A DNA stretch of 64,000 bases. Source: Methylococcaceae bacterium. GTDB lineage: Bacteria > Pseudomonadota > Gammaproteobacteria > Methylococcales > Methylomonadaceae. The notes below the pieces were generated by a model, which was not told the DNA's origin, searched no databases, and saw only the letters and a list, made by a program, of their open reading frames with translations. How positions within the stretch are numbered: position 1 is the first letter of the stretch; every line of letters starts with the position of its first letter. The DNA is taken from positions 987 through 64,986 of the forward strand of contig CANNKG010000003.1 in assembly GCA_947505105.1 (NCBI GenBank), written 5' to 3'. Positions 18,774-28,780 of this stretch are shown here, in pieces. A program made the position numbers and the translations under genes.

Positions 18774-21197
18774 CTAATGAGCTGTAACGGTTTGTTTTTT
18801 AACTCGGGATTTGGCCACGGGTTTCTCAATCTCAAGTTCTTTCTCCAACGGGGTCGGCATGTATTGTAAAGCGACTTCCAAAACCTCATCAATCCAATTG
18901 ACTGTTCTTATATCTAAATTTTGTTTAATGTTATCAGGTATTTCAACCAGATCTTTGGCATTTTCTGCAGGAATTAATACCGTAGTAATCCCACCACGAT
19001 GCGCTGCCAGCAGCTTTTCTTTCAATCCACCAATAGGCAGAACTTCACCGCGCAGCGTTATTTCTCCAGTCATTGCGACATTCGCTTTAACCGGAATTTT
19101 GGTCATCGCCGAAATTATTGCGGTACACATGCCAATACCGGCGCTTGGCCCATCTTTTGGGGTAGCACCTTCCGGAACATGAATATGCATGTCGTTTTCC
19201 TGAAATTGTTCCTTGGCAATCCCCAGCATCTCGGCACGACTTCTCACCACGGTCACAGCTGCCTCAATAGACTCTTTCATAACATCACCCAGCGTTCCGG
19301 TAGCAGATTGTTTACCTTTACCCGGCATCACTGCAGTTTCTATCGTCAGCAGCTCACCACCAACTTCAGTCCATGCCAACCCGGTTACCTGACCAATCCG
19401 ATCATGCTCCTCAGCCAAACCATAGTGAAAACGCTTAACGCCTAAGTAATTATCCAAATTACCCGATTCAATGACTGTTAAAATCTTTTCCGACTTCAAC
19501 AACAAATCCTTGACTACTTTTCGACAAACCTTCGATATTTCACGTTCCAAACCTCTAACACCCGCCTCTCGCGTGTAGTAACGAATAATATCTCTGACCG
19601 CCTCCTCAGTAATTTCAATTTCTTTGGATTTCAAGCCATTATTTATAATCTGTTTCGGAATCAGATAGCGCAACGCAATATTGATTTTTTCATCTTCAGT
19701 GTAACCGGCAAGACGAATCACTTCCATTCTGTCGAGCAAAGCCGACGGAATGTTCATCGTATTAGCGGTTGCAACAAACATGACATCTGACAAATCAAAA
19801 TCGACTTCGAGATAATGATCGGAAAAGGTATGATTCTGCTCCGGATCTAGCACTTCCAATAGTGCCGAGGCCGGATCGCCTCTAAAATCGGCCGCCATTT
19901 TATCAATCTCGTCAAGCAAAAACATAGGGTTACGCGTTTTAACCTTAGCCAAATTTTGCAAAATCTTACCGGGCATCGAACCAATGTAAGTCCGTCGATG
20001 CCCACGTATTTCAGCTTCGTCGCGCACCCCACCTAAAGCCATACGTACATACTTACGATTGGTCGCGCGTGCAATCGATTCGCCCAACGAGGTTTTACCC
20101 ACCCCCGGCGGCCCGACTAGGCATAAAATCGGTCCCTTTAACTGCTTGACGCGCTGTTGCACCGCCAAGTATTCGAGAATGCGCTCTTTGACTTTTTCCA
20201 AACCATAATGGTCAGCTTCGAGGACTTCTTCAGCAACTTTCAGATCATGCCGCACCTTAGTCCTTTTCTTCCAAGGGACGCTAACCATCCAGTCGATGTA
20301 ATTACGCACCACAGTCGCCTCAGCCGACATTGGCGACATCAGCTTTAATTTATTCAATTCGGCATCAGCCTTAGTTTTCGCCTCTTTTGACATCCCTGCC
20401 TCTCTAATTTTTCGATCGAGCTCTTCAATCTCATTCGGGACATCATCCATTTCGCCCAATTCTTTCTGAATCGCCTTCATTTGCTCATTAAGATAATATT
20501 CGCGTTGATTTTTCTCCATTTGCTGCTTAACGCGAGTGCGAATTTTCTTTTCCATTTCCAACAAATCAACTTCGCTTTCCATGAAAGTCATCAACGTTTC
20601 GAGACGTTGGGCAATATTAGCCATTTCGAGCAAATTTTGCTTGTCTTCAATTTTTAAAGCCATGTGCGCGGCGATGGTATCCGCCAGACGACTAGAATCA
20701 TCAATTCCAGCAAGCGCATTCAATACTTCGGGAGGAATTTTATTGTTTAATTTTACATATTGATCGAACGAACTGATCACCGTCCGCTGTAAAACTTCCT
20801 CTTCCTGATCGGAGATAGTGAGTTCATCGTTAATATCGCTGACATGGGCTGCGAAATAACCATTTTCCTCAAAATATCCCTCAACCTTGCAGCGCTGACT
20901 CCCCTCGACCAAAACCTTGACTGTTCCATCGGGTAGCTTTAATAGCTGAATAATATTGGCAAGGGTTCCGGCTAGGTATAAATCTTCAAACTCGGGCTCA
21001 TCGACTTCAGCCTGCTTTTGCGCCACCAATAAAACCTGTTTGTTCTCACGCATCGCGACATCAAGCGCAATAATCGATTTATCCCGTCCCACGAATAACG
21101 GAATAATCATGTGTGGATAAACCACAACATCACGCAAAGGTAAAACTGGAACCACTAGATTTGCCAGTTCAATTTCTGTCTTTGTTTTCCTTGCCAT
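18774..21197 (-). CDS. lon: ATP-dependent Lon protease
   Basis: Walker A is GPPGVGKTS and the protease active-site region is [10 protein letters not shown] placed the start at the ATG at 21197 ([30 protein letters not shown]), not the longer ORF-track start. Confidence 0.95.
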   Translation of the reverse strand: MARKTKTEIELANLVVPVLPLRDVVVYPHMIIPLFVGRDKSIIALDVAMRENKQVLLVAQKQAEVDEPEFEDLYLAGTLANIIQLLKLPDGTVKVLVEGSQRCKVEGYFEENGYFAAHVSDINDELTISDQEEEVLQRTVISSFDQYVKLNNKIPPEVLNALAGIDDSSRLADTIAAHMALKIEDKQNLLEMANIAQRLETLMTFMESEVDLLEMEKKIRTRVKQQMEKNQREYYLNEQMKAIQKELGEMDDVPNEIEELDRKIREAGMSKEAKTKADAELNKLKLMSPMSAEATVVRNYIDWMVSVPWKKRTKVRHDLKVAEEVLEADHYGLEKVKERILEYLAVQQRVKQLKGPILCLVGPPGVGKTSLGESIARATNRKYVRMALGGVRDEAEIRGHRRTYIGSMPGKILQNLAKVKTRNPMFLLDEIDKMAADFRGDPASALLEVLDPEQNHTFSDHYLEVDFDLSDVMFVATANTMNIPSALLDRMEVIRLAGYTEDEKINIALRYLIPKQIINNGLKSKEIEITEEAVRDIIRYYTREAGVRGLEREISKVCRKVVKDLLLKSEKILTVIESGNLDNYLGVKRFHYGLAEEHDRIGQVTGLAWTEVGGELLTIETAVMPGKGKQSATGTLGDVMKESIEAAVTVVRSRAEMLGIAKEQFQENDMHIHVPEGATPKDGPSAGIGMCTAIISAMTKIPVKANVAMTGEITLRGEVLPIGGLKEKLLAAHRGGITTVLIPAENAKDLVEIPDNIKQNLDIRTVNWIDEVLEVALQYMPTPLEKELEIEKPVAKSRVKKQTVTAH

Positions 21198-21244
21198 AAA
21201 TGAAACCTTTTTGCTGCCAACTTTATACATTAATAGAATTCTAA

Positions 21245-21274
21245 CTATGGGGATGATCATTCGAAAACACAACC
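21245..21274 (-). promoter_or_regulatory. Possible sigma-32 heat-shock promoter of lon
   Basis: The minus strand reads GTTGTGT-N14-CCCCATAGT. The -10 element matches the CCCCATnT consensus well but the -35 element only weakly (TTG). It lies ~50 nt upstream of the lon ATG. Confidence 0.3.
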
Positions 21275-21345
21275 ATTACCCAGCGAAAGATGTTAAAAAC
21301 TATTACACTATGATTTTTAATGAATCGTTAAGCTATCCTCGACCA

Positions 21346-22110
21346 ATGTTAACTATATTACAAATTTCAGCTCTCACCGATAATTATATTTATCTTCTGC
21401 ATGATCCAGAGAGTAAAGAAACAGCCGTCATTGATCCACCTGTTGCCAAACCAGTATTGAATCTGTTAAATGAACAAAATTGGTCGCTTAAATATATTCT
21501 GAACACGCATCACCACTGGGATCATATTGGGGGTAACGACGAACTAAAACGCGCCAACCGCTGCCAGATAGCCGCATCACGCTACGACCAAACACGCATC
21601 CCCGAAGTGGATATAGCGCTTGATGAAGGCGATGTTATCCAATTAGGCGACCAGCAACTTAACGTTTTTGAAACCCCGGGTCATACGCTTGGGCATATTG
21701 TTTTTTATGCAAAGGAAAGTCAGGCGTTATTTTGCGGCGATACCTTGTTTGGGATGGGATGTGGACGATTGTTTGAAGGAAGCGCCGAGCAAATGTGGCA
21801 TTCACTGCTACGTATCAAGTTACTACCCGCTGAAACCCATATTTATTGCGCCCATGAATATACCGAAAATAATGGTCGTTTTGCGCTGACCCTGGAACCT
21901 CAGAATAGCCGCTTACATCAACGCATGAGCCAAATCCGGCAACAGCGTGTAGCTGGCTTAAGCACAATCCCTTCAACACTGGCTGACGAACTGGCAACCA
22001 ATCCGTTTTTAAGAACCGACTGCACTGAATTACAAACTCAACTAGGACTTCAGAACGCCTCGGAAATCGAAGTGTTTGCCAAGATACGACAGCTTAAAGA
22101 TAAATTTTAA
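21346..22110 (+). CDS. gloB: Hydroxyacylglutathione hydrolase (glyoxalase II)
   Basis: It contains the metallo-beta-lactamase motif THHHWDHIGG and ends NPFLR.... I placed the start at the ATG at 21346 (MLTILQISALTDNYIYLL), giving the usual ~254 aa. Confidence 0.9.
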   Translation: MLTILQISALTDNYIYLLHDPESKETAVIDPPVAKPVLNLLNEQNWSLKYILNTHHHWDHIGGNDELKRANRCQIAASRYDQTRIPEVDIALDEGDVIQLGDQQLNVFETPGHTLGHIVFYAKESQALFCGDTLFGMGCGRLFEGSAEQMWHSLLRIKLLPAETHIYCAHEYTENNGRFALTLEPQNSRLHQRMSQIRQQRVAGLSTIPSTLADELATNPFLRTDCTELQTQLGLQNASEIEVFAKIRQLKDKF

Positions 22111-22199
22111 CCGCCAAGTAGTTGTACAAACTCGATACTAACCGAGTAACCAGCTCTACCTGTCATGCATAATAGGTCATGGATTAGTTGACCTAGATG

Positions 22200-23477
22200 C
22201 TACATTGCGGCAATCTTGCGCCAAATCGATTTAAATTCGCGGATGAGTCGTTGTGATTCCGTTTCCAATCCGGATTCCTTGTCCGATCTAGCCGAAGACA
22301 TTGCCGCCGCATTTTGGTCAGTCGACTGCGGTTTATCAAGCACAATGAAAGTGCCCGGAATCATGCCCATCCAACAACTCCAAGGTATTACTCCAGCCTC
22401 AGTGGGCGTGAATTCGATTGTTTGCAGACCCGGTTTAACTTCAAACTCCAACTGATACTGCGGCACCACGATTACTTTGTTACATTCGTTGAGCTCTTTG
22501 CCATCAATGACCCATTTGACCGGGACACCTTTACGTAATGTAAATTTATTCGGTGAAAAACCTGTTTTGACGACATCCATATAAACGGTTTGTTCAGTAT
22601 CGAACGAGAGCGTTTCGGCAAGTGAAGGCGAAAGTTTTTGTGAAATGCGTGCCACCAGAGTATTAAAATCGATTCCAGTGCCGGTCACCGTAAAACCGCG
22701 ATTGAGCATGATGGCGCCTAAAATCATCACAATGACGCCAGAAGCCTTAAGAAGTTTGGGTCTAATGTTAATAGACAACAAACTGGATAAAAACCCAAAG
22801 CCCATCAATAACGGTAAAGTACCCAGCCCAAAGAAAAATAATAACGTAGCGCCCTCAAACCAGTTGCCAGTGCCGGCAGCTAACACGTACATGGCCTGCA
22901 AGGGACCACAGATAATCATCATGCCATTCAGCATACCTATCACAAAAGGATTGCTATGCTTGCGATATTCGGTACTGATGAAGTGCATCCAAAACGTCGG
23001 CGCCTTGATTTGAAAATGACTCAACACCGGAAACACTTCTAGCATATGTAAACCAAACAAGATCAGAAAAACACCCGCCGCAATGCCGACTGCGCCCTGA
23101 GTGGCCGGCGTGAAAGCGATAATCGCGCCAAAAGCCCCTAGTATCGCGCCAATCAGGGTATTCGAAATGGTTTTACCCAAGCCATACATTAAATGTGCAC
23201 CATGCGATTTGTGACCTTGAGCCGCTTGCTTAGCCACATACCCGAGAATCAGCGGACCACACATGCCGACACAATGAAAACTGGTCAGAAACCCCATCAG
23301 GAACAACAAACCATAACTCATATCACGCCCAATTTTGGGCATATCGACATGATCCATAAACCAACTATCCAACCACAAAATACCGCCAATGCCGACAAGT
23401 GCCAGTAATATGGTAAAGAATCGCTTAACGCCTATGAGTAGTGAATTCGAGGTATTGGCTCTGATTACAGTATTCAT
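22200..23477 (-). CDS. Polytopic membrane protein (DsbD_2/UreH/TauE-like core with HCVGMCGP motif) fused to a C-terminal cupredoxin-like soluble domain
   Basis: It has ~7-8 hydrophobic helices and the FHCVGMCGPLILGY motif. The C-terminal beta-rich segment is FSPNKFTLRKGVPVKWVIDG...IPWSCWMGMIPGTFIV. Confidence 0.7.
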   Translation of the reverse strand: MNTVIRANTSNSLLIGVKRFFTILLALVGIGGILWLDSWFMDHVDMPKIGRDMSYGLLFLMGFLTSFHCVGMCGPLILGYVAKQAAQGHKSHGAHLMYGLGKTISNTLIGAILGAFGAIIAFTPATQGAVGIAAGVFLILFGLHMLEVFPVLSHFQIKAPTFWMHFISTEYRKHSNPFVIGMLNGMMIICGPLQAMYVLAAGTGNWFEGATLLFFFGLGTLPLLMGFGFLSSLLSINIRPKLLKASGVIVMILGAIMLNRGFTVTGTGIDFNTLVARISQKLSPSLAETLSFDTEQTVYMDVVKTGFSPNKFTLRKGVPVKWVIDGKELNECNKVIVVPQYQLEFEVKPGLQTIEFTPTEAGVIPWSCWMGMIPGTFIVLDKPQSTDQNAAAMSSARSDKESGLETESQRLIREFKSIWRKIAAM

Positions 23478-23607
23478 GGGATATTGAAGGATATTATGGG
23501 CATTAACATATACCTCATATCGGACGGGATATGATTCTAGCCATTAATTGAACTTAGTTTGCTCAAATGTTTCTAGCAGAATCATAGACCGCGTTCACTC
23601 AAAGTGC

Positions 23608-24627
23608 TTAATCTGGCTCGGGAATAATCACCGGTCGATTAACCTCATTGACCCGCCTACCATAGTGAATCACCGGCGGCGACATCTGGCCCCCTCGAAT
23701 GCCTTGCAAAGCAATATGAGCAAGATTTGCGCCTGACAGACACGCCATCCCGAAACCACCCGAAGGGCGCGGATTTATTTCAAGCAATCTCGGACCATTG
23801 CTGCCTTCTTTAAATTGAATATTGAAAATCCCGTTTAAACAATAATGCGCCGTTAATCGCTCTACCATAGCCGCAATATCAGAATCGTTGTCAATCAGTT
23901 GACCGTGACCCGCAGTCAACGATTTCTTGCGCTGGACGGCGGCCAATAATTTGCCTTCGCGACCCGCACAATCAACGCTCCATTCGTGACCACTCAAATG
24001 CTCCATGACCAGTAACGTGTCGAACTCGGCGGTATTTTGCATTCCTTGGCGCAATTCAGCTAACGGAATCTGATATTCGACGCCTTTGAGTAATTGCTTA
24101 ATACTATCGCGTTCAGTATCCAGAATCCTGAAGCCCAAACCATAAACTGATACCGATGGTTTGACACAGAGTTTTGGATGCTTCGCTGCCAAAGTAGACA
24201 CCGCCTGATCAAATTCCTCACGGTTATTGACTGCGATAAAATCCATTACCTGAGCAATTTCCGCCGGCAAGCGGTTATAAAAATCGGCTTTATTGTGTAA
24301 CAGACTTAAAGTGTCGTGATCCGCTACCGATAGCACCCGGACACCCTGCGCAGCAAAAAGGGCATGCTGTTGACTAAATAGCATCGCTTCCTTACCCGGC
24401 CAGAATAGATCAATCTGATGCTTGGCACAAAATCCCAAGGCCCATTCCAGGTAAGCGTCACCTTTGAGGTCTGGCTCTAAATAGGCTTCGTCAGCCGCTA
24501 GAAACGCGGTTGCCGTTTCATGAACATGCGTACAAATCAAGGTGACTTCGTCAGTCGGAACCGCCTGACGAAGATTTTCAAATACACCGCGGATTGTTGA
24601 AAATGTTTTGTTAAACCAAACTCTCAT
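23608..24627 (-). CDS. ATP-grasp family ligase, last gene of the Ter-type operon
   Basis: The layout resembles carbamoyl-phosphate-synthase-type ATP-grasp proteins (KPSVSVYGLGFRIL, LLVMEHLSGHEWSVDC, FNIQFK...RLLEINPRPSGG). Its start lies 6 nt after the stop of the upstream TerD gene. Confidence 0.75.
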   Translation of the reverse strand: MRVWFNKTFSTIRGVFENLRQAVPTDEVTLICTHVHETATAFLAADEAYLEPDLKGDAYLEWALGFCAKHQIDLFWPGKEAMLFSQQHALFAAQGVRVLSVADHDTLSLLHNKADFYNRLPAEIAQVMDFIAVNNREEFDQAVSTLAAKHPKLCVKPSVSVYGLGFRILDTERDSIKQLLKGVEYQIPLAELRQGMQNTAEFDTLLVMEHLSGHEWSVDCAGREGKLLAAVQRKKSLTAGHGQLIDNDSDIAAMVERLTAHYCLNGIFNIQFKEGSNGPRLLEINPRPSGGFGMACLSGANLAHIALQGIRGGQMSPPVIHYGRRVNEVNRPVIIPEPD

Positions 24628-24633
24628 AGCATT

Positions 24634-25230
24634 TTATAAATGCGGAATAATTTGCGGTAACAAATTATCAATAGTGCGTCCGGTGCCATTTTCACCGATC
24701 GCATGCATTTTCCATTCACCATTGTGACGATAGATTTTCGCCATGATCTGTGCGGTATGTGAGCCTTGGGCAGACAAGGTATAACGAGCGATTTCCTGCT
24801 TGCTGGCATTATCAACGATCCGGCAGTAAGCGTTTTCGACAGAATTGAAGGTTTGACCGGTATAAGAACTGACCGTAAAGACCAAGGATTTGATGGATGC
24901 GGGAACTTTATCCAAATCGACGATAATTTGCTCATCATCGCCATCGCCTTCGCCAGTTCGGTTATCTCCGGTATGGACAATACTGCCATCCTTGCTTTTT
25001 AAATGACCGAAATAAACGGTATCGACCGCTTTATTTTGTTCATCGAATAAAATGCATGAAGCGTCTAAATCAATAGAATCGCCCCCGCCACCACCGAACA
25101 TACCTAATAATCCACCGCCACCGGAAGATTTTTTCGCATCCCAACCTAAGCCCATCACAACTTTACTTAATGCACTTCCCGCTTCTTTCGAAAGGGAAAT
25201 TTTTTGACCCTTTTGTAAACTGATACCCAT
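24634..25230 (-). CDS. TerD-domain protein (TerZ/TerX-like divergent paralog with a glycine-rich insert)
   Basis: The N-terminus is MGISLQKGQKISLSK. It carries the Ca-binding-type motif GDNRTGEGDGDDE and a C-terminal GRT...LLPQI tail. Confidence 0.85.
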   Translation of the reverse strand: MGISLQKGQKISLSKEAGSALSKVVMGLGWDAKKSSGGGGLLGMFGGGGGDSIDLDASCILFDEQNKAVDTVYFGHLKSKDGSIVHTGDNRTGEGDGDDEQIIVDLDKVPASIKSLVFTVSSYTGQTFNSVENAYCRIVDNASKQEIARYTLSAQGSHTAQIMAKIYRHNGEWKMHAIGENGTGRTIDNLLPQIIPHL

Positions 25231-25310
25231 AGCGCTCTCCGTAGAATTTATATCGACTTGCCGACCGGTTTCACTTCCCTTTTCTTTGGAAGTGAAACCA
25301 TCCTGACCAT

Positions 25311-25886
25311 TTAAACATTCACGCCAAACGAAGCCGCCAGAGGTCCTAATCCACCGGCGAAACCCTGACCAACCGCTTTAAATTTCCAGTCGCCGGCATT
25401 GCGGTAAATTTCACCGAAAATCATCGCAGTTTCAATCGAAGCATCTTCACTCAAATCATATCGGGCGATTTCAGCGCCACCTTCTTCATTCATCACTCGA
25501 ATATAAGCGCCACTGACCTGACCGAAATTTTGTCGACGTGCCTCGGCTTCATGAATGGTGACCGCGAATACGACTTTCTCGACATCGGTCGGTACATTGA
25601 CCAAATCGACTTTCAAGGTTTCATCATCGCCACTGCCTGCGCCAGTCGTGTTATCCCCAGCATGTTGTACCGAACCATTCGCGACGACTTTATTGTTATA
25701 AAAACAAAAATCTTCATCAGAACGGACTTTACCATCCACTTTGGTTAAAAATGCACTTGCGTCCAAATCAAAATTAGCACCATCGGTCGCTCTAGGATCC
25801 CAGCCTAAACCGACAATAATTTTCTTTAAACCCGGCGCTTCTTTACTTAAATTAACGTTACCGCCTTTTGTCAGTGATACTGCCAT
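25311..25886 (-). CDS. terD: TerD-family stress protein
   Basis: [16 protein letters not shown]...[13 protein letters not shown]...[14 protein letters not shown]. The ATG at 25886 has better spacing from the GAGGAA RBS than the ATG at 25892. Confidence 0.85.
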   Translation of the reverse strand: MAVSLTKGGNVNLSKEAPGLKKIIVGLGWDPRATDGANFDLDASAFLTKVDGKVRSDEDFCFYNNKVVANGSVQHAGDNTTGAGSGDDETLKVDLVNVPTDVEKVVFAVTIHEAEARRQNFGQVSGAYIRVMNEEGGAEIARYDLSEDASIETAMIFGEIYRNAGDWKFKAVGQGFAGGLGPLAASFGVNV

Positions 25887-25928
25887 AATCATTTCCTCAC
25901 ATTATTTTATTTATGGATAAAAACCTTG

Positions 25929-26504
25929 TTACACATTAATGCCGTATTGCCGCGCCAATGCCCCCAAACCTCCGGCATACCCCTGGCCTACCGCTCTAAA
26001 CTTCCATTCTGCACCATGACGATAAATTTCACCGAAAATCATCGCCGTTTCGACCGAGGCGTCTTCACTCAAATCATAACGCGCCACTTCCTGATTAGAT
26101 TCCTTATTGACGATACGCACATAGGCTTTCGATACTTGCCCAAAATTCTGCTTACGCACATCTGCGTCATGAATGGTCACGGTAAACACCACACGCTGAA
26201 TTTCCTGCGGCACCTTGTCGAGCAGAACGATCAATGCTTCATCATCACCGTCGCCGACTCCAGTTCGGTTATCGCCGGTATGCTCTACCGATCCACATCC
26301 GGATTTAGTTTGGTTATAAAAAATAAAATCCGCATCGGTTCTAACTTTACCATCCTCTTTCACCATAAATGCACTGGCATCCAGGTCAAAATCCGTCCCA
26401 TCGGTCGGCCTTGCGTCCCATCCCAGACCCACCAAAATATTTTTAAGCGTAGGATCCGTTTTAGATAAACTGATATTGCCGCCTTTTGCTAACGAAATAC
26501 TCAT
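25929..26504 (-). CDS. terD: TerD-family stress protein
   Basis: [15 protein letters not shown]...[13 protein letters not shown]...[25 protein letters not shown] lies upstream. Confidence 0.9.
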   Translation of the reverse strand: MSISLAKGGNISLSKTDPTLKNILVGLGWDARPTDGTDFDLDASAFMVKEDGKVRTDADFIFYNQTKSGCGSVEHTGDNRTGVGDGDDEALIVLLDKVPQEIQRVVFTVTIHDADVRKQNFGQVSKAYVRIVNKESNQEVARYDLSEDASVETAMIFGEIYRHGAEWKFRAVGQGYAGGLGALARQYGINV

Positions 26505-26535
26505 TATTCACACCTCCTAACGATCAAATTAAATA

Positions 26536-27546
26536 TCAACTTTTTTGCGTAGCTTGTTTATAACGAACCGAAGAATATAAGGATAGACCAATAAATAAGG
26601 CACCGATTAACCCAGTGACCACTTCCGGAATACTCTGAAAAGTGCTGATTAACATAATCACTGCCAGCGCGCCAATCGCATAATGCGCGCCATGTTCTAA
26701 AAACACATATTCATCAAGTGTGCCCTTGCTAACGAGCAATATCGTCAAGGAACGCACAAACATTGCACCGATCCCCAAGCCTAACATTATCGTCACGATA
26801 TCACGGGTAATCGCAAACGCTCCAATCACACCGTCAAACGAGAAAGAAGCGTCCAACAATTCAAGATATAAAAACGCCATCACCCCTCCGCGTTTCGCGG
26901 CATCGGCGAATACCTCGGTCTCGTCTTCATCCTGAAAGAATCGATCCAAACTGCTGACCAGACCGTAGAGAAAAATGCCCCAAATACCGCCCATCAACAC
27001 ATCATGTTGATGTTCAGGCAAAACGAAATGGTAAACCGTCAATAAAGTGGCCAACGATAAAGTAGTACTGATGGCATCGAGTTTACCCAAATCTTGAAGT
27101 TTTTCTTCGATTTTACCCAGCCAATAGACATCGCGTGTTTCGTCGAATAAAAACGAAAAGGCGACCAGCAACAAAAACACCCCGCCGAATGAAGCAATTA
27201 AGGTATGGGAATTATGCAAATGCTCAGCATACTGAAGCGGATTGTGCAGCGCCATTTGAGTCACATCGTTAAAGCTGATGCCGGTCGCAAATTTAACGAT
27301 TGCTACCGGAAACACCAAACGCATACCGAATACTGCAACCACCATCCCCCAGGTCAAAAAGCGATGCTGCCACACTTGGGTCATTCGCTTTAAAACACTG
27401 GCATTAACCACCGCGTTATCAAAGGAAAGACTGACTTCGAGCAAACCCAAAATCAATACCAAAAAAACCGCTTCAAAGCCCTGCCAATAAAAAGCGATAG
27501 CGACTGCGATAGCCGTAAAAATGAACGATAATGTGAAATTTTGCAT
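26536..27546 (-). CDS. TerC-superfamily / DUF475-like integral membrane protein, first gene of the Ter-type operon
   Basis: It is polytopic and carries two SFDN/SFDG-type motifs (EVSLSFDNAVVNA and DASFSFDGVIGA) characteristic of the TerC/DUF475 fold. Confidence 0.75.
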   Translation of the reverse strand: MQNFTLSFIFTAIAVAIAFYWQGFEAVFLVLILGLLEVSLSFDNAVVNASVLKRMTQVWQHRFLTWGMVVAVFGMRLVFPVAIVKFATGISFNDVTQMALHNPLQYAEHLHNSHTLIASFGGVFLLLVAFSFLFDETRDVYWLGKIEEKLQDLGKLDAISTTLSLATLLTVYHFVLPEHQHDVLMGGIWGIFLYGLVSSLDRFFQDEDETEVFADAAKRGGVMAFLYLELLDASFSFDGVIGAFAITRDIVTIMLGLGIGAMFVRSLTILLVSKGTLDEYVFLEHGAHYAIGALAVIMLISTFQSIPEVVTGLIGALFIGLSLYSSVRYKQATQKS

Positions 27547-27779
27547 GTAAACCCCTGCAATGAAGCAATTGTTTTTCCGGAAGCGAGTTTTTTATCTGGA
27601 ATGCTCGATCCGGTCGAATTGACCAGAAAACAGAACGAAAGTCTGCACTTACGCTTGTAATAATTGTTAAAAAGACTATCTTAACCCGGAGTCGTACCGG
27701 AACCCAATATTTTGATGGTACTAATAACTCACTCGATATGGACGCTCACACGCAAAATATCAAGTAGGTTTGAGTCAAG

Positions 27780-28634
27780 CTAGCTCAGCAAAATTTCCAA
27801 TCCAGTCGTATTGTCATTTTGGACAGATTGGAAAGACCGTTCTTGCAGTAAATTTACAAAATCAAACAGTTTGGTATCCGCTAACTGAGATGGCGCAACG
27901 TTTTGCAAACTGGTAAAAATGGTTTCCAAACGTCCGGGGAATTGTTTATCCCAAACACATAACATGTCTTTCATTGCCTGACGTTGTAAATTTTCCTGAG
28001 AACCGCACAGATTACAGGGAATCACCGGGTATTGTTTAAATGCAGCAAAGCGCTGAATATCTTTTTCCCGGCAATAAGCCAAAGGCCGGATAATGATATT
28101 TTTCTTGTCGTCGCTGAGCAGTTTCGGCGGCATTGCTTTCAACTTACCGCCGTAAAAGATATTCAGGAAAAAGGTTTCGAGAATATCATCACGATGATGG
28201 CCCAAAGCAATTTTATTGACACCATTGGCTTCAGCAAAACCGTACAAGGTTCCACGCCGCAATCTCGAACAAAGGCCACAGGTGGTTTGCCCCTCTGGAA
28301 TCACCCGCTTGACCACGCTATAGGTATCTTTTTCGATAATATGAAATGGAACACCGAGCGAGGTCAGATATTCGGGCAAAACATGTTCAGGAAAACCGGG
28401 TTGCTTTTGATCCAGATTGACCGCGATTAATTCGAAATTGACCTGAGCGCTTTTTTGCAAACTCATCAAGATGTCGAGCATCGTAAACGAATCTTTCCCC
28501 CCTGATAAACAGACCATGACCTTATCGCCTTCTTCGATCATGTTGTAGTCAGCAATCGCGTCACCGACATAATGACGCAAGCGCTTTTGCAATTTATTGA
28601 ATTGAGTTCTGGATTTTTGAATGGAACTTTGCAT
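27780..28634 (-). CDS. ttcA: tRNA 2-thiocytidine(32) synthetase TtcA
   Basis: It has the PP-loop SGGKDS, cysteine pairs ([17 protein letters not shown]) and the expected ~284-aa length. Confidence 0.9.
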   Translation of the reverse strand: MQSSIQKSRTQFNKLQKRLRHYVGDAIADYNMIEEGDKVMVCLSGGKDSFTMLDILMSLQKSAQVNFELIAVNLDQKQPGFPEHVLPEYLTSLGVPFHIIEKDTYSVVKRVIPEGQTTCGLCSRLRRGTLYGFAEANGVNKIALGHHRDDILETFFLNIFYGGKLKAMPPKLLSDDKKNIIIRPLAYCREKDIQRFAAFKQYPVIPCNLCGSQENLQRQAMKDMLCVWDKQFPGRLETIFTSLQNVAPSQLADTKLFDFVNLLQERSFQSVQNDNTTGLEILLS

Positions 28635-28684
28635 ACGTAAATTTAAGAAAAACGGAAAATTTCCGTATTAAAGAGGCTACTTCA

Positions 28685-28719
28685 AAAATTTAAGGTCGAG
28701 TGTAGCGCTCGACCTTAAA
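28685..28719 (-). terminator. Rho-independent terminator after fabA-fabB
   Basis: TTTAAGGTCGAG (28689-28700) pairs with CTCGACCTTAAA (28708-28719) and is followed by a T-run on the minus strand. Confidence 0.85.
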
Positions 28720-28780
28720 CTTTACTTGATTGAATAGGCTGAGCATCGGATCGATACCCGAAGCCACTATTCTAAGAATA

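Noticed and set aside
18774-21272. Longer N-terminal extensions offered by the ORF track for lon, gloB (21211), fabA (30582), rnhA (42233), fxsA (40850), trpH (34585), rpoH (48364), the NdvB-like gene (49676) and the AKR (57287)
   Set aside because: Internal ATG codons give family-typical N-termini and lengths and usually a better Shine-Dalgarno sequence. The extensions run into upstream genes or promoters, or begin with weak start codons.
24624-26468. ORFs 24624-24989, 24766-25002, 25530-25748 and 25926-26468 within the TerD genes
   Set aside because: They are alternative-frame or antisense ORFs inside genes with unmistakable TerD motifs, and they have no motifs of their own.
27547-27779. 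Possible yybP-ykoY (Mn) riboswitch or attenuator in the leader of the TerC-like gene
   Set aside because: TerC-family genes are often preceded by this riboswitch, but I could not find its conserved GGGGAGTAG-type core. I saw only a weak imperfect hairpin (about 27581-27615) with no following U-run. A cmscan would settle it.
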